DNA of 64,000 nucleotides from an uncultured Gammaproteobacteria bacterium (lineage in GTDB: Bacteria > Patescibacteriota > Microgenomatia > CAZETR01), in NCBI GenBank assembly GCA_964514545.1, contig CAZETR010000011.1:26294-90293 (forward strand), in the 5' to 3' direction. The notes under the pieces were generated by a model. That model searched no databases, was not told the DNA's origin, and saw only the letters and a list, made by a program, of their open reading frames with translations. Shown one piece after another: positions 9,003 to 19,162 of this stretch; position 1 is the stretch's first letter, and each line of letters starts with the position of its first letter. Position numbers and translations under genes: made by a program.

Positions 9003-9680
9003 TTATGCTTTGTATTTTTCCTCGATCTGGTTTTTGATTAAAAGCGGTATATCTGACGGTTTTCTCAAGAGATGTCCGCGTTTGCGAAGAATTGGGAAGA
9101 TTGTATTTTCCACTTTGTGTCCTGTTTCTCTTTCGACGTCCCAGTATTTTCTTCCACCGAGTCTTGCTGTGAGTGCTGGGTCGCTATTTAAATCCTGTCG
9201 TCTGGCTTCTACTTCACTTACCCTCTCGTCAAAAGAGACGATTTCACTTCCCTTGCAGATATCGTCAAGGTAAAACTGTAGGAGCTCAAGAAAAGTGGCT
9301 TTTCCGTTTACCACCCTGACAAGAAACTCTGGTCCTGTTGCAAACAATAAATCAAGGTCTGGATTAACCCGCGCTTGCAATTCTTCTCCCCACAGCAGAT
9401 CTAATTCATCAAAATCTTCGGGTCTCTTATCGAGACGCATTCGCCAGTCATGTGTCGCCGCGACTTTCTCCATTTTTTTTCGGGCAGATAAAGGCAAATT
9501 CAATATCTTGCATAATGCTTCGGCTGCAGCTAGTTGTACGAGCTGATGTTCAACTACGTTTCTCCACCCATCTCTTTCTGATAGCTTACCTCCCTTTACG
9601 GAAAGCCTTATCTCGTTAAGATGTGATAGGGCTAAATCTGAAAAGTATTTTGATTTTGATTCTTTAATCTCTTTAATCAT
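9003..9680 (-). CDS. Hypothetical protein, possible HD-domain phosphohydrolase
   Basis: Has H...HD spacing (VVEHQL...ATHDW). It is a paralog of the 44208..44951 product. Confidence 0.4.
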   Translation of the reverse strand: MIKEIKESKSKYFSDLALSHLNEIRLSVKGGKLSERDGWRNVVEHQLVQLAAAEALCKILNLPLSARKKMEKVAATHDWRMRLDKRPEDFDELDLLWGEELQARVNPDLDLLFATGPEFLVRVVNGKATFLELLQFYLDDICKGSEIVSFDERVSEVEARRQDLNSDPALTARLGGRKYWDVERETGHKVENTIFPILRKRGHLLRKPSDIPLLIKNQIEEKYKA

Positions 9681-9702
9681 TGGCCCTTTATATCACATTT
9701 TC

Positions 9703-10326
9703 TTGAATTTTAAGAGAAGAAGTTGTTTAATGTCTGTTATGTTTGCGCAAGAAAGAGAAAGACAGGGCGAGTTCAAATTTTGCCAAGGGCTGTTGGAAGA
9801 AGCTTTGTTTGTAAAAATGCGTGAGTTTAATAGGCTTGCCCACACATACGGAGCGTCATTAGGCACTCCTGGTTTTGTTCATGGGGGCGAGGGGTTGATG
9901 GTAATTAACTTAGATGCGTTTGTGATTCAACGAGATGGTAAACCTGTTAATTTCTCTGACTTAATATTTTTTGTGGTCTTACACGAGGTGTGTGAAGAGT
10001 ATGCTCGACACTTTATGCCACTCATTCGTCATCCTGATGATTTTGAAATAGGTCGTGATCGATTTCACGAGTATGCCGTAGAACAGGAATTCAAGGCTGC
10101 TAAGCGGGTTGGCAAGATTGACAGATTGTTTGAATTTAGATGTTTGGTTTCTGGAAAGCCTAGCTTCCTTGGTAAAGTTTTTGGTTCATCTGATAGCTGG
10201 TTTGCTATATATCGAAGAGTAGAGAGTGGCACAGGTGTTACACTAGATGAAGAGGTTTTTCAATTAGTTCAAGAAAAAATTGACAGTATTGATATGGGGG
10301 CAGTATTTGATACTTATCTGTTCTGA
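9703..10326 (+). CDS. Hypothetical protein
   Basis: 207-aa ORF with an HEVCEEYARH segment and no recognisable family. It is the only plus-strand gene between two minus-strand runs. Confidence 0.4.
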   Translation: MNFKRRSCLMSVMFAQERERQGEFKFCQGLLEEALFVKMREFNRLAHTYGASLGTPGFVHGGEGLMVINLDAFVIQRDGKPVNFSDLIFFVVLHEVCEEYARHFMPLIRHPDDFEIGRDRFHEYAVEQEFKAAKRVGKIDRLFEFRCLVSGKPSFLGKVFGSSDSWFAIYRRVESGTGVTLDEEVFQLVQEKIDSIDMGAVFDTYLF

Positions 10327-11555
10327 CTGAATTTATAAAGGATGCTGTTTACTCTGTTTGAGAAGTCCGCTTGAGTCCAGAGTTTGGACTTGATCTTGCC
10401 AAGTTCGATTAGCTTTTTTCTTAGTTTTTCGTTTCCGTAGATTCTTTCTATTTTTAGTGCGATGTCCCGTGGATCCCAGGGATTTATAAGTAATCCCGCT
10501 TTTCCAAGCTGGTCACGGCAGCCGCGGATATTGGAAGTTATCGCGGGAGTACCCATAACCCATGCCTCAAGTATTGGAAGGTTTGTGGGCCCGAAGAACG
10601 ATGGCATGACCATGGCTTGAGATAGCTTGTAAACACTCGACAGCTCATCGTAATCCAGATACCCCATATGTTTAACCTGGTCTCCTAAGCCGTATTCATC
10701 TATTAGATTGGTTATTTTGGGATAAGTTGTGAATTCAGCCTTCGTGTTTCCGGTTAAAACAAGGTTCACCATTTTTCCCTTGAGTTTAAGAATCCGAATT
10801 GCTTCGATGAGGTTAAGGTGGTTTTTGTGTGACCAAAATTTGGCTGGATAGAAAATATATTTATCTGGAAGCCTGAGCTTTTTTTTGATTTTTATTATTT
10901 TTTCCGAAGATATATTTGGATTTAGATAGTCAGCGGGAATATACGGCAGAATAATTATTTGTTTTTCTGTCGTTTCGTAACTGTTTAGTAAATCCTCCTT
11001 TCCGACTTGCGAGTCTACGAACATACCGAAAGACTTCTTTGCAATATTTGTGTATATGTATTCCCTCTCTTCCCAACGACCATTTGCTGATACTTCTTTG
11101 AAACGGGGTTTTATCCGGTGCTCAAGGTCATAAACTGTGACTACAAATGGAACGCCTGAAAGAAAAGAAACTGAGGTGGCTGTGGGATAAAATATTAGGT
11201 CAAGTTTTACTGAACGGACTATATTGACGAGTCTGAAATTTCTTAATCGACAAAACACGTCTATGAATGATAAACCTCCAAAGTGATATAAGGGTTTGAT
11301 TACATATGGTTCAATTACTCCCATTCCAATGTTAAAGAGTCGGTATATTTCAGTAGAGAGCGACTTTTCTTTGGGGTAAACATCAACTACTTTAAATCGT
11401 TCGTCTTTTCTAAACTTCTCAGGAACTTCTCCTCCCTCATTGAATATAGTGTATGTGTGACCGCGGATGCGATTGAAGGCTTCAAGAATAGACACGGAAT
11501 ATTGATGTACTCCTCCCTGGCTGGATACGGCTGTGAAATATATACCAATTTTCAT
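10314..11555 (-). CDS. Glycosyltransferase family 4 (GT-B, group 1)
   Basis: C-terminal EAWVMGTPAI (E-x7-E region) and KAGLLINPWDPRDIA are typical of GT4. Confidence 0.8.
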   Translation of the reverse strand: MKIGIYFTAVSSQGGVHQYSVSILEAFNRIRGHTYTIFNEGGEVPEKFRKDERFKVVDVYPKEKSLSTEIYRLFNIGMGVIEPYVIKPLYHFGGLSFIDVFCRLRNFRLVNIVRSVKLDLIFYPTATSVSFLSGVPFVVTVYDLEHRIKPRFKEVSANGRWEEREYIYTNIAKKSFGMFVDSQVGKEDLLNSYETTEKQIIILPYIPADYLNPNISSEKIIKIKKKLRLPDKYIFYPAKFWSHKNHLNLIEAIRILKLKGKMVNLVLTGNTKAEFTTYPKITNLIDEYGLGDQVKHMGYLDYDELSSVYKLSQAMVMPSFFGPTNLPILEAWVMGTPAITSNIRGCRDQLGKAGLLINPWDPRDIALKIERIYGNEKLRKKLIELGKIKSKLWTQADFSNRVNSILYKFSQNR

Positions 11556-12673
11556 TTTGGTAAATATTTTTTGACTAAGTGTACGAGTTCTTTCATCCTT
11601 TGGGGATAAGTGTGTTCTTTAAGTGTTCTTTTTTGACCTGCGAGTGCAATTTCTTTTCTCTCGTTTTCATGGGAAAGATAATATCTAATCTTTGCGATCA
11701 AATCTTGAGAGTTCGTATAAGAAACGACTTCTTTGTTTATTTCGAATAGTTCTCCAAGATTGGTTTTATCATCTGTGATGAGCGTCGATCCCATGCCCGT
11801 ACTTTCGTATAAGCGCATATTATTAGCATAATCTTCCGAAGTAGATATATGTCTATTGATAACTATTTTGCTCCGGGAAAGGATCTTATACATCTCGAGC
11901 CCCCAGGCTTCTCCCCGGTAGCACGTTCTAAGTGGAGACATGGGAGCGAGATATTTATCTCCGTTTCCCCAGAAGTTTAGCGGAACTTCTCTGGCTACTT
12001 CCTCTAATAATTGGGTGCCTTTATGGTGATGGGGACTAATGCTGCCAACAAATGTAACATTATAAATTCGTTTTTGTTTCCTGATTCTTTTTAAGACTCT
12101 CTGCTCAAAGCATAATTTAAGATATTCGCTATTAATACCCATTTGGCGGAATTTAGTCACGAAATGCGGAAAAGAGGTCAAAATTAAATCAAACTGTTTT
12201 AAATTGTTTATTCTCGGCATAGGAGACGCGATTTGACCGACAATTAGGCGACAATAAATTTTTGCCTCTTTCAGAGTTTCTGAGTCTAGAATGCTTAAAT
12301 CTTGGATGTAGAGAACGTCCGGGCGAGAAGACCTGATTTTTGCCAGGGCTACTTCTTGCATGGCTTTCGGACGGCCAATGAACCTGTGGGCAAGAGGCAG
12401 GGTCCTGATTTTGTCAATTAAGTTTGGAGGAGAAATCTTAACGCTATTTTCCCGTGCCCAGGATATGTACAGTATCTCGTCATTTAGAATGAAGTCCTCT
12501 ACTCTATGACCCAATTTTCGAAGGCTATATGAATAAAAATCAGCGGTTCCAAAACTTTGGGACAGAATCCCTTGAAGTTGTTTCTTGTATGACTGCTGCT
12601 GAAGTTCTTTATGGCCTTTCCAAAAAGTTCTTAGAAATGAAGGATAGTATGAGTCGATTATTAAAAATTTCAT
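11552..12673 (-). CDS. CgeB-like / glycosyltransferase-1-type domain protein
   Basis: C-terminal IVINRHISTSEDYANNMRLYESTGMGSTLITD resembles the CgeB/Glyco_trans_1_2 C-domain. Start chosen at the internal MKFLIID to avoid a 158-nt overlap. Confidence 0.5.
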   Translation of the reverse strand: MKFLIIDSYYPSFLRTFWKGHKELQQQSYKKQLQGILSQSFGTADFYSYSLRKLGHRVEDFILNDEILYISWARENSVKISPPNLIDKIRTLPLAHRFIGRPKAMQEVALAKIRSSRPDVLYIQDLSILDSETLKEAKIYCRLIVGQIASPMPRINNLKQFDLILTSFPHFVTKFRQMGINSEYLKLCFEQRVLKRIRKQKRIYNVTFVGSISPHHHKGTQLLEEVAREVPLNFWGNGDKYLAPMSPLRTCYRGEAWGLEMYKILSRSKIVINRHISTSEDYANNMRLYESTGMGSTLITDDKTNLGELFEINKEVVSYTNSQDLIAKIRYYLSHENERKEIALAGQKRTLKEHTYPQRMKELVHLVKKYLPK

Positions 12674-12689
12674 TATATGGAGCGGGGAG

Positions 12690-13628
12690 CTATGTTTTAT
12701 ACAGCTCTCGTATTTTTGACAATCGTTTGGTTCTCGTATTGTATATATGGAGATGTTTAATTTCGTTGAGTTTTTCTGACTGGGAGAGAAAGTTAAGTCT
12801 TCCGTCAGTACCCCTGGATTCACGGTATAAAGATGGGGTGTAGCCATTGCTGAGTGTCTTTATAGGTAATTTCCCTACCCTATCTTTGCGAACAAAGTAG
12901 GCGTTGTTTCCGGTACTTTCTGTCCCCACAAATGCATATCCCTTTCTCTTTGCTAATTCGTAGAGAGCCTTGAACGAAGCACCCCAGTATAGGTGAGAGT
13001 AATGGGCTCTGAAAGTCACAAAATTAGAGTCGTACGGGACTGTCACTGGGAAAGCGTTCCCAAATATTGAGTTGTACTCAATAATTACAATGACCGGATT
13101 CACTTTCTTAATCGCATCCCATACCCAATAATCGTTGCCGTCGATATCGATACTTAATAGGCCAATATCTTGGCGAAAGTTGTACTTCGTGATTATAGCT
13201 TCAACATTTTCAACTGTGATAAATTCGCTTATAGCGGTTAGATCATGCTTCCAATAAATTTCGTCATTTTTAATAAAGTTTATATTCTTAGAACTTGCGT
13301 CTATGACCAAACCACGCCAATTGTTGTTAGTTAATAAAAAGCGCGTGTTCGACTCGAGGTAATTCTCGACCCCAAACTCTATGAACCTTCTTTCTTCGTC
13401 GTTAAGTTTGACGTTATTAATTAAATACTGAATGATGCCGTCGCCACCAAATTGGGAGTAGACTTTAAACTCCGTATCTTGAATGTCTTGGTAGATTCCG
13501 TGGGACTTGATTTGATTAATGAGGGATTTAGCGATTAGATGTTGAGTCGTGTTGTGTACTTTTCTCTGACCTATTAGGTTGCTTAGGTGAATTGCGAGGG
13601 CTTGCAACAGTGAGCTCATTCTTACCAA
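12690..13628 (-). CDS. FkbM-like methyltransferase-domain protein
   Basis: EFGVENYLESNT...WRGLVIDAS and SIDIDGNDYWVW resemble the FkbM core. Confidence 0.45.
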   Translation of the reverse strand: MVRMSSLLQALAIHLSNLIGQRKVHNTTQHLIAKSLINQIKSHGIYQDIQDTEFKVYSQFGGDGIIQYLINNVKLNDEERRFIEFGVENYLESNTRFLLTNNNWRGLVIDASSKNINFIKNDEIYWKHDLTAISEFITVENVEAIITKYNFRQDIGLLSIDIDGNDYWVWDAIKKVNPVIVIIEYNSIFGNAFPVTVPYDSNFVTFRAHYSHLYWGASFKALYELAKRKGYAFVGTESTGNNAYFVRKDRVGKLPIKTLSNGYTPSLYRESRGTDGRLNFLSQSEKLNEIKHLHIYNTRTKRLSKIRELYKT

Positions 13629-14785
13629 AATACGACGTCTGGGTTTATATTTTCAAGTATATCTTTTTTGATTTCTTCGTTATATGGACCGGCTTTTAGA
13701 ATAATGTTTATCCTCCCTTTTCCTTTTAGAATCTTGGGGGAATGGACTATAAATTTCGTGCCATATAAACGCTGGCCTTGTTTCATGGGGCTGTTGTCCA
13801 GAACCGACACAATTCGGTCTGTTTTCAGGCCAAATCCGATTAGATACTGAGAGAAAATGTGAGCGCCAAAAAGATACAACAATTCGTGATTAGTTAATTT
13901 GTTAATTTTTCGATTAAGTCCATTTACCATATCCAGGTGAAAATTTACGAAATCCATAAAAACCTTCTTGTAAACTTTATATTTATTTCTTAACTTAACT
14001 GGGTGTGGTTTGTCTTTGCGGGTAAGGTAGAAAATGCTGTGGTCGTCTCCAAAGGTTTGTTTTCTGATAATCTTAAATCCGGTTCTTAGGAGAAGGTAAT
14101 CCATGAAATATTCGGTGAGGAAGAATGTGTGCTCAAAGTTAAGAGCGTTGGTAAATTTCTTTTTTAGAAAATCGTGTAGCATGGGAATGGCAAAAGCGTG
14201 ATTCTGGCCGGGTTTTAGAAATTTATATATCACTTCGAGAAACTCAACGGGGTTATAGAGATGCTCGAAAAAGTGTGAATGGACAATCGTATCAATTTCT
14301 CCACTGAAAGTGAATTTATCGTCAAACCACTTTTTAACCACTTTTATTCTTTTGTCTTCGACGATTGGATGTGGCTCTACGAGGGTCCATGTGGCTTGGG
14401 GGACTTTATCGAGGTAGTTTTGAGCGATTCGTCCGTGGGCCCCTCCAATTTCAAGAATTTTTTGCGGCTTAAACGTACTCAAGAATTTGGCAAACTCGCT
14501 ATACAAGTCATTCCATACTTTCCCGGTTCCGTCGTTGTGCTGGTTCTTGTAAAGAATCTCTAGGGGAAGAAGTTTTTTTAGCTGAATCATTCCTGATTCT
14601 GGATCTATGACCCACTCCATGTCCGCAAACAGATCATGCTTTATTGGCTCGTCCGTACAGCCCATGAAGACGGGAAAGCTCTTGAAAGTGTACAGGGGTT
14701 CTAGGTCTTGTTTGCCGGTGACGATACTTTTATCACGACGAATATAATCTGTCTGTTTCATCTGGGTGGATATTATGACACTCAA
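13622..14785 (-). CDS. Class I SAM methyltransferase with C-methyltransferase-type C-terminal domain (NDP-hexose C-methyltransferase-like)
   Basis: ILEIGGAHGRIA SAM motif. A long C-terminal domain resembles the Methyltransf_14-type C-terminal domain of sugar C-methyltransferases. Confidence 0.5.
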   Translation of the reverse strand: MSVIISTQMKQTDYIRRDKSIVTGKQDLEPLYTFKSFPVFMGCTDEPIKHDLFADMEWVIDPESGMIQLKKLLPLEILYKNQHNDGTGKVWNDLYSEFAKFLSTFKPQKILEIGGAHGRIAQNYLDKVPQATWTLVEPHPIVEDKRIKVVKKWFDDKFTFSGEIDTIVHSHFFEHLYNPVEFLEVIYKFLKPGQNHAFAIPMLHDFLKKKFTNALNFEHTFFLTEYFMDYLLLRTGFKIIRKQTFGDDHSIFYLTRKDKPHPVKLRNKYKVYKKVFMDFVNFHLDMVNGLNRKINKLTNHELLYLFGAHIFSQYLIGFGLKTDRIVSVLDNSPMKQGQRLYGTKFIVHSPKILKGKGRINIILKAGPYNEEIKKDILENINPDVVFW

Positions 14786-14814
14786 GAAGATACATCAATG
14801 ATCAGAAGAGAAGT

Positions 14815-15519
14815 TTATTTTACTAGATAAGGATTTGTTCTGAGGAGATCGAGAGTTGGCTGGCACAAAACCCTGCCTACCTGTAGGCTTAGCGGTCTGT
14901 GTGAGATTGTGTGTCTTAAGAATTGCATAAACTTGATGTATTCACTAAACCCGTTTTCCTTCGCACTTTCGGGAATATGAATCATTCGGGCGAGGGAAAT
15001 GTGGAGGAGGTTATCAAGAAGCGCTGGTTTTAGTCCGGCCTCCATATAAATCCCTTCGAGTTCTCTTCTTGTTTCAAGAATAAAATCGGGGATGTCTATC
15101 GCTGTCAGAATAATGTTCCCCTTGTCCAAAAGTAGGTACTTATATTCGATGAATTGACCTTCCAGCGCGCTTGCCAGTTGCCTAAGACTTTCATTTTCGG
15201 AAAGAGACGAGAAAATTTGCTTCCTGGCTTCAACACTTTGCGGGGCCTCAAACCCCTCCATGACAGTTGAATGGAGAGGAAAATCTATATCTGCGATAAT
15301 CATTTTAATCCCCATCCCCCTCTCTATGCCCATGCGTATAGCTTGAGTTAGCCTGCCAACACGAGTCAGTGACGAGGGCGAAAAAGTAAGAGCTATAACG
15401 AATCTATTAGCGAGACTGTCTGAAAATCCTTTGAATTCTTCGATCTTCCCTGACCTAAGAGCTGCTATCCCAGACCTATTCATTCCTATGTATTTCAGTC
15501 CTTCGGGTGAGATATTCAT
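14815..15519 (-). CDS. Hypothetical protein, possible 2H phosphoesterase (LigT-like)
   Basis: Two H-x-[ST]-x motifs (PLHSTVME and LLHISLAR) spaced about 100 aa apart. Confidence 0.35.
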   Translation of the reverse strand: MNISPEGLKYIGMNRSGIAALRSGKIEEFKGFSDSLANRFVIALTFSPSSLTRVGRLTQAIRMGIERGMGIKMIIADIDFPLHSTVMEGFEAPQSVEARKQIFSSLSENESLRQLASALEGQFIEYKYLLLDKGNIILTAIDIPDFILETRRELEGIYMEAGLKPALLDNLLHISLARMIHIPESAKENGFSEYIKFMQFLRHTISHRPLSLQVGRVLCQPTLDLLRTNPYLVK

Positions 15520-15584
15520 GTTAAATTCTTTGAACTGGTCTATTCTATGGCCTTTTTGGTTTAAGTCAAGTAGAGCGGGGTTTA

Positions 15585-16412
15585 CTATGATAGATAAAAT
15601 GTTTCATTGCGAACATCTTGGTTGCATCTCCACTGACCCTCCGGGTTTCTGTAAAGCAACTGTTCTCCATCTGGAGGCCGAGGAACTCTCCGGTCTATCG
15701 AAACGAGGTTTCTATCTTCATTAAAGCCCAGATAACCCAAGGCAATAGTTTTACCCGCAGAATCTTCCAGTAGGTATTCAAGTAACCATCTTTCTCCGGG
15801 AAAAAGGTAGCACATTCTGTACCAGCCATCAGGATCGTTGTCGAAAAGTAGATTTTTCATCTTCAGTTCTTCAACTAGTGCTGGATCTACTCTTCTGCTA
15901 TCGAGAGCTTGATTAACCGCTTTGGTTAGTAGGGGAAGATTTTTGTTAAAACGGAATTTTTTTAGTGACTGTCGTAGGCGATCGGTTTGGTCAGAGGTAA
16001 ATATAAATTGAAAGTGAGGGTTTCCTGGCAATTTCGCCGCGTCTCTTTCAGACCACGTAGCAGGGGAAAAATGACTCGTAGTAGGTTTAGTTTTAGTTCG
16101 AATCTCTTCTCTTTTAAGTTGGAGGGCTGTGCGAAGCTTGCCCTGCTTTAATTTAGCAATAAAGGTGTTGTCGCATACCAATTCGTCAGTTAGAACTCCC
16201 CAAACTGTTGATTCATCCATCCTGGGGAATATATCTTCGAGATCAATTTTTCCGACACCTGGTTCTGAGGGAAAGAATTTCGTGTAAGTAACGTCCTCCC
16301 CCTCGATGTAAATAATCAGACATTTACCATTCTTTCTTGGAGAGAATTTGGCTCCAAACATAATCCCACTTCGGAGATATGGTTTTTGTTCAGACTCTTT
16401 TGATACTCTCAT
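15585..16412 (-). CDS. Hypothetical protein
   Basis: 275-aa soluble ORF with no recognisable motif. Confidence 0.4.
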   Translation of the reverse strand: MRVSKESEQKPYLRSGIMFGAKFSPRKNGKCLIIYIEGEDVTYTKFFPSEPGVGKIDLEDIFPRMDESTVWGVLTDELVCDNTFIAKLKQGKLRTALQLKREEIRTKTKPTTSHFSPATWSERDAAKLPGNPHFQFIFTSDQTDRLRQSLKKFRFNKNLPLLTKAVNQALDSRRVDPALVEELKMKNLLFDNDPDGWYRMCYLFPGERWLLEYLLEDSAGKTIALGYLGFNEDRNLVSIDRRVPRPPDGEQLLYRNPEGQWRCNQDVRNETFYLS

Positions 16413-16457
16413 GGGGTGAGTTGTACCATATCTATGGCCTTTTTGCTTTTTAATAGG

Positions 16458-17420
16458 TTAGCCGGTTTTGAAATCTTTGTAACCTGTAAAACTGGACTGG
16501 GCTAAAGGAAGAAGCATTGCGTGAACCTTTTCAGAACAGGATCCGAGAACCACAGACGTGGAGTTTGCGGTAACTTCTTCTCCTTCGTGTGTGGTTGCAA
16601 CGCCTCCGGCCCATTTGGTCATAACTGCACCATTTTCCACATCCCACCTGCCTCCAATGGCATACGTGATCCAGGCATGTCCGTGCAATATTGCAAGCTT
16701 TTGGTTTTGAACATTACTTGCAGTGCCAATTAGGCTAATGTTCATCCCGGTGATTTGAGGGAGGTTTTTAATAAATTCTGCCACTCTTTGTGATGTCCCA
16801 TTTCTAATCGTCGAATCTATATAAACCAATATTCTTCCCCGTGTTGGTTCTGGAATCCTGATTCGAACTGGGTCTATACGTTCATTTAGACTCAGGTCAC
16901 TTTCAAGCGAGAATCTATAGACAAGATCTTTCTGAGCTAAAACTAATCCCTCTTCTCTAAGAAAGGGGCTTGCAATTGCTACCGCATGCGGCTCATTGTT
17001 TAATCTCGCCATGACGGTTGTAGCTGCAAAGGGGAGTCCGAACGCGTATTCTGTGGTTCCATCCAGAGGGTCACCAATAAATTCTAATTCGCTCTCCTGC
17101 CCACTGATTCCTCCCTCTTCAAAAATTAGTTTGCATCCGGACGGGTTGGATCTAGCGAGGAAACGTTTCATTAGTCCTTCAGACGCCCAATCGGCACGGG
17201 TGACAAAGGTATTGTCTCCCTGCTTTACTTTCAATTGTAGGTTGTGCCCTAGCGGGGAATTGGGATGATATTTGACTAGTCGGGTAGCTCCGATAATTGA
17301 AGCCAGTGCGCAGTTTACGGCAATTTTATCGAACCCTGTGGCTGTTATTCTTTCTCTCGCTATAGATATCTTTTCTTCAGTCGAACTTGAGTCTCTTGCG
17401 AGGCTTTCTCGATAAATCAT
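16458..17420 (-). CDS. Inositol monophosphatase / CysQ-family phosphatase
   Basis: DPLDGTTEYAFGLP (DPxDGT) and WDxxAG-type motifs of the IMPase/FBPase superfamily. Confidence 0.8.
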   Translation of the reverse strand: MIYRESLARDSSSTEEKISIARERITATGFDKIAVNCALASIIGATRLVKYHPNSPLGHNLQLKVKQGDNTFVTRADWASEGLMKRFLARSNPSGCKLIFEEGGISGQESELEFIGDPLDGTTEYAFGLPFAATTVMARLNNEPHAVAIASPFLREEGLVLAQKDLVYRFSLESDLSLNERIDPVRIRIPEPTRGRILVYIDSTIRNGTSQRVAEFIKNLPQITGMNISLIGTASNVQNQKLAILHGHAWITYAIGGRWDVENGAVMTKWAGGVATTHEGEEVTANSTSVVLGSCSEKVHAMLLPLAQSSFTGYKDFKTG

Positions 17421-18151
17421 TTTCTATTTTGTGACAAATAATCTGTCGTGTAGGCTAGTGTGTCTGGGTTTCCCGTGTCGAGCCAGGGATCAAAAAGTGT
17501 GGAAGTGAATGGATATCCTCTTTTGATCATCTCGTTTATAACGTGGGTGTCGGTGAGTTTTTGGTCGTTGGGATCCTTTTGGTAAAGATAATTCAGGGAG
17601 TCCCAAAATACTTTGTAATCCTTAACCGCTGTGAGGCCGATATGGACCTGGTGATAATCATTTGCTCCAACATCCTGTACTTTTATAAGCTTTCCATCTT
17701 CTATCCAATGGGTGCGGAAGTACTTGGTAACAACTGATTTATCCAAGTCGCGCATCGGATTTCCACCGGTCCAATTAGTGTCCGGACGGGGAATAGGCTG
17801 GGTAACAATTGTGTCGCAGGCATGGAAGATAAAGGGGCACTGAAGAAGTTCCGCGGCCTTTGACATGGAATATGCGCAGCTGGTACCGGGACCTACAAAT
17901 TTGTCTACCCATGCATATTCAACTTTGATGTCCGAATGATTTTTCTTTAGGTACTCTCTAACCTGGTCACCCAGGAATCCAAGTGTAATTACAAACGAAA
18001 CTCCTTTGGGGTAGGAATCAAAAATATAGGAGAGAATGGATTTGCCGTTTATTTCTACTAGGGCTTTGTTCTTTTCGCGGGTCAGATCACCAAGGCGGGA
18101 CCCAATTCCGGAGGTCGTCACGAGAACTTTATAGGGGTTCGGCCAGCGCAT
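17417..18151 (-). CDS. Sugar-phosphate nucleotidyltransferase (NTP_transferase family)
   Basis: KVLVTTSGIGSRLGDLT (GxGxRL) Rossmann-like nucleotidyltransferase signature. Confidence 0.7.
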   Translation of the reverse strand: MRWPNPYKVLVTTSGIGSRLGDLTREKNKALVEINGKSILSYIFDSYPKGVSFVITLGFLGDQVREYLKKNHSDIKVEYAWVDKFVGPGTSCAYSMSKAAELLQCPFIFHACDTIVTQPIPRPDTNWTGGNPMRDLDKSVVTKYFRTHWIEDGKLIKVQDVGANDYHQVHIGLTAVKDYKVFWDSLNYLYQKDPNDQKLTDTHVINEMIKRGYPFTSTLFDPWLDTGNPDTLAYTTDYLSQNRK

Positions 18152-18166
18152 TAGCTGACGGTTCTA

Positions 18167-19162
18167 TCACGAAAGGTTGTGGATGTAAAGATCAAAGACC
18201 CTGTGCATTTCATTCTGAATTGCGTTTGCAAAATCTTCGTGGTGGGAAATTTTGTCAAATAATCTCTTGTATTCGTCAGTGTTGAAGTTGTAGTGGCCTG
18301 AGATTGTGCTACACAAAAGCTTGTTATTGGCATCATTTTTATTGAGCCACTTCACCCATTTTTTGCTCCGGTATGAGAGCTCGAGAAATTCATTTGCGTC
18401 CAGACCGTACTGGGTGGCCTTATAGAGTGAGAGTTGCGTTTGCAGAATGCCGAATTGTGGCGCAACGTTCATTGCCGAAATCAAACCCCTTCTCTGGCTA
18501 ATTTCTTCCTGACTAAGATAATCTGCGTTGTGCTCTTTCAGGGGTAGATCGTATTTGTCTGCAAGAAGCTTCACCTTTTTTAGATAATCTTCGTGGAAAA
18601 CTCCTTCTTGGTTAATTTCTTTTATAACCGAGCCTGTCTGTGTCACGAAAAAATGCGGTTTGAAAAAAGAGGTAAAGAATTGCATCTGTTGTTCGACTTT
18701 ACCAATGTTCTCAACTTCAATTCCATTATTTTCATCGGTTCCGATCTCAATAAAAACATCGGGGGATTTTTTCTTGATATATTCGATTGCTTTTTGAGAC
18801 TCGTCGAGTATTTCATCATATGTTCCATTGTGGAAACAAAAATCGATATGAATCAAGTCAAAACCTACCTCTATATCTTCATCTATCGTTCTGTATGTAT
18901 CTTTAATGTCGTAGACGCTATTGTGGCCTGGTCCACAATGGTCCCGACAGAGTAGGACTCTGGCATCTGGATATTTTTTATCTAGTCTAGAAATGAAATT
19001 TCCGTAATCCTTGGTATTAAACACGTAGCCTCTGTCAAAATCAACCTGGTTCTTCGAGCAGATGAGCATTAGAGGAACATTGTTCTCTTGCGAGTAAGAG
19101 AAGACCGCTTCAATTATAATATTGCTCATTGGCCCTACCCCTAACGTACTAATCACTTCCAT
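18167..19162 (-). CDS. GatZ/KbaZ-like TIM-barrel protein (tagatose-bisphosphate aldolase non-catalytic subunit family), tentative
   Basis: IIEAVFSY...LMLICSKNQVDF...LCRDHCGPG parallels GatZ LVIEAAL...LIEATSNQVNQ...LGGDHLGPN. Confidence 0.4.
   Translation of the reverse strand: MEVISTLGVGPMSNIIIEAVFSYSQENNVPLMLICSKNQVDFDRGYVFNTKDYGNFISRLDKKYPDARVLLCRDHCGPGHNSVYDIKDTYRTIDEDIEVGFDLIHIDFCFHNGTYDEILDESQKAIEYIKKKSPDVFIEIGTDENNGIEVENIGKVEQQMQFFTSFFKPHFFVTQTGSVIKEINQEGVFHEDYLKKVKLLADKYDLPLKEHNADYLSQEEISQRRGLISAMNVAPQFGILQTQLSLYKATQYGLDANEFLELSYRSKKWVKWLNKNDANNKLLCSTISGHYNFNTDEYKRLFDKISHHEDFANAIQNEMHRVFDLYIHNLS

Noticed and set aside
14868-14885. Short palindrome GCCTACCTGTAGGC
   Set aside because: Lies inside the CDS 14815..15519. 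It is only a 5-bp stem and has no T-tract; likely coincidental.
16850-16880. GATTCGAACTGG tRNA T-arm-like string
   Set aside because: Lies inside the IMPase-family CDS with no flanking acceptor or anticodon stem structure. I found no tRNA or rRNA anywhere in the window.
18151-18336. 61-aa minus-strand ORF overlapping the 3' end of the GatZ-like gene
   Set aside because: Entirely contained within the longer, motif-bearing 18167..19162 ORF in another frame.
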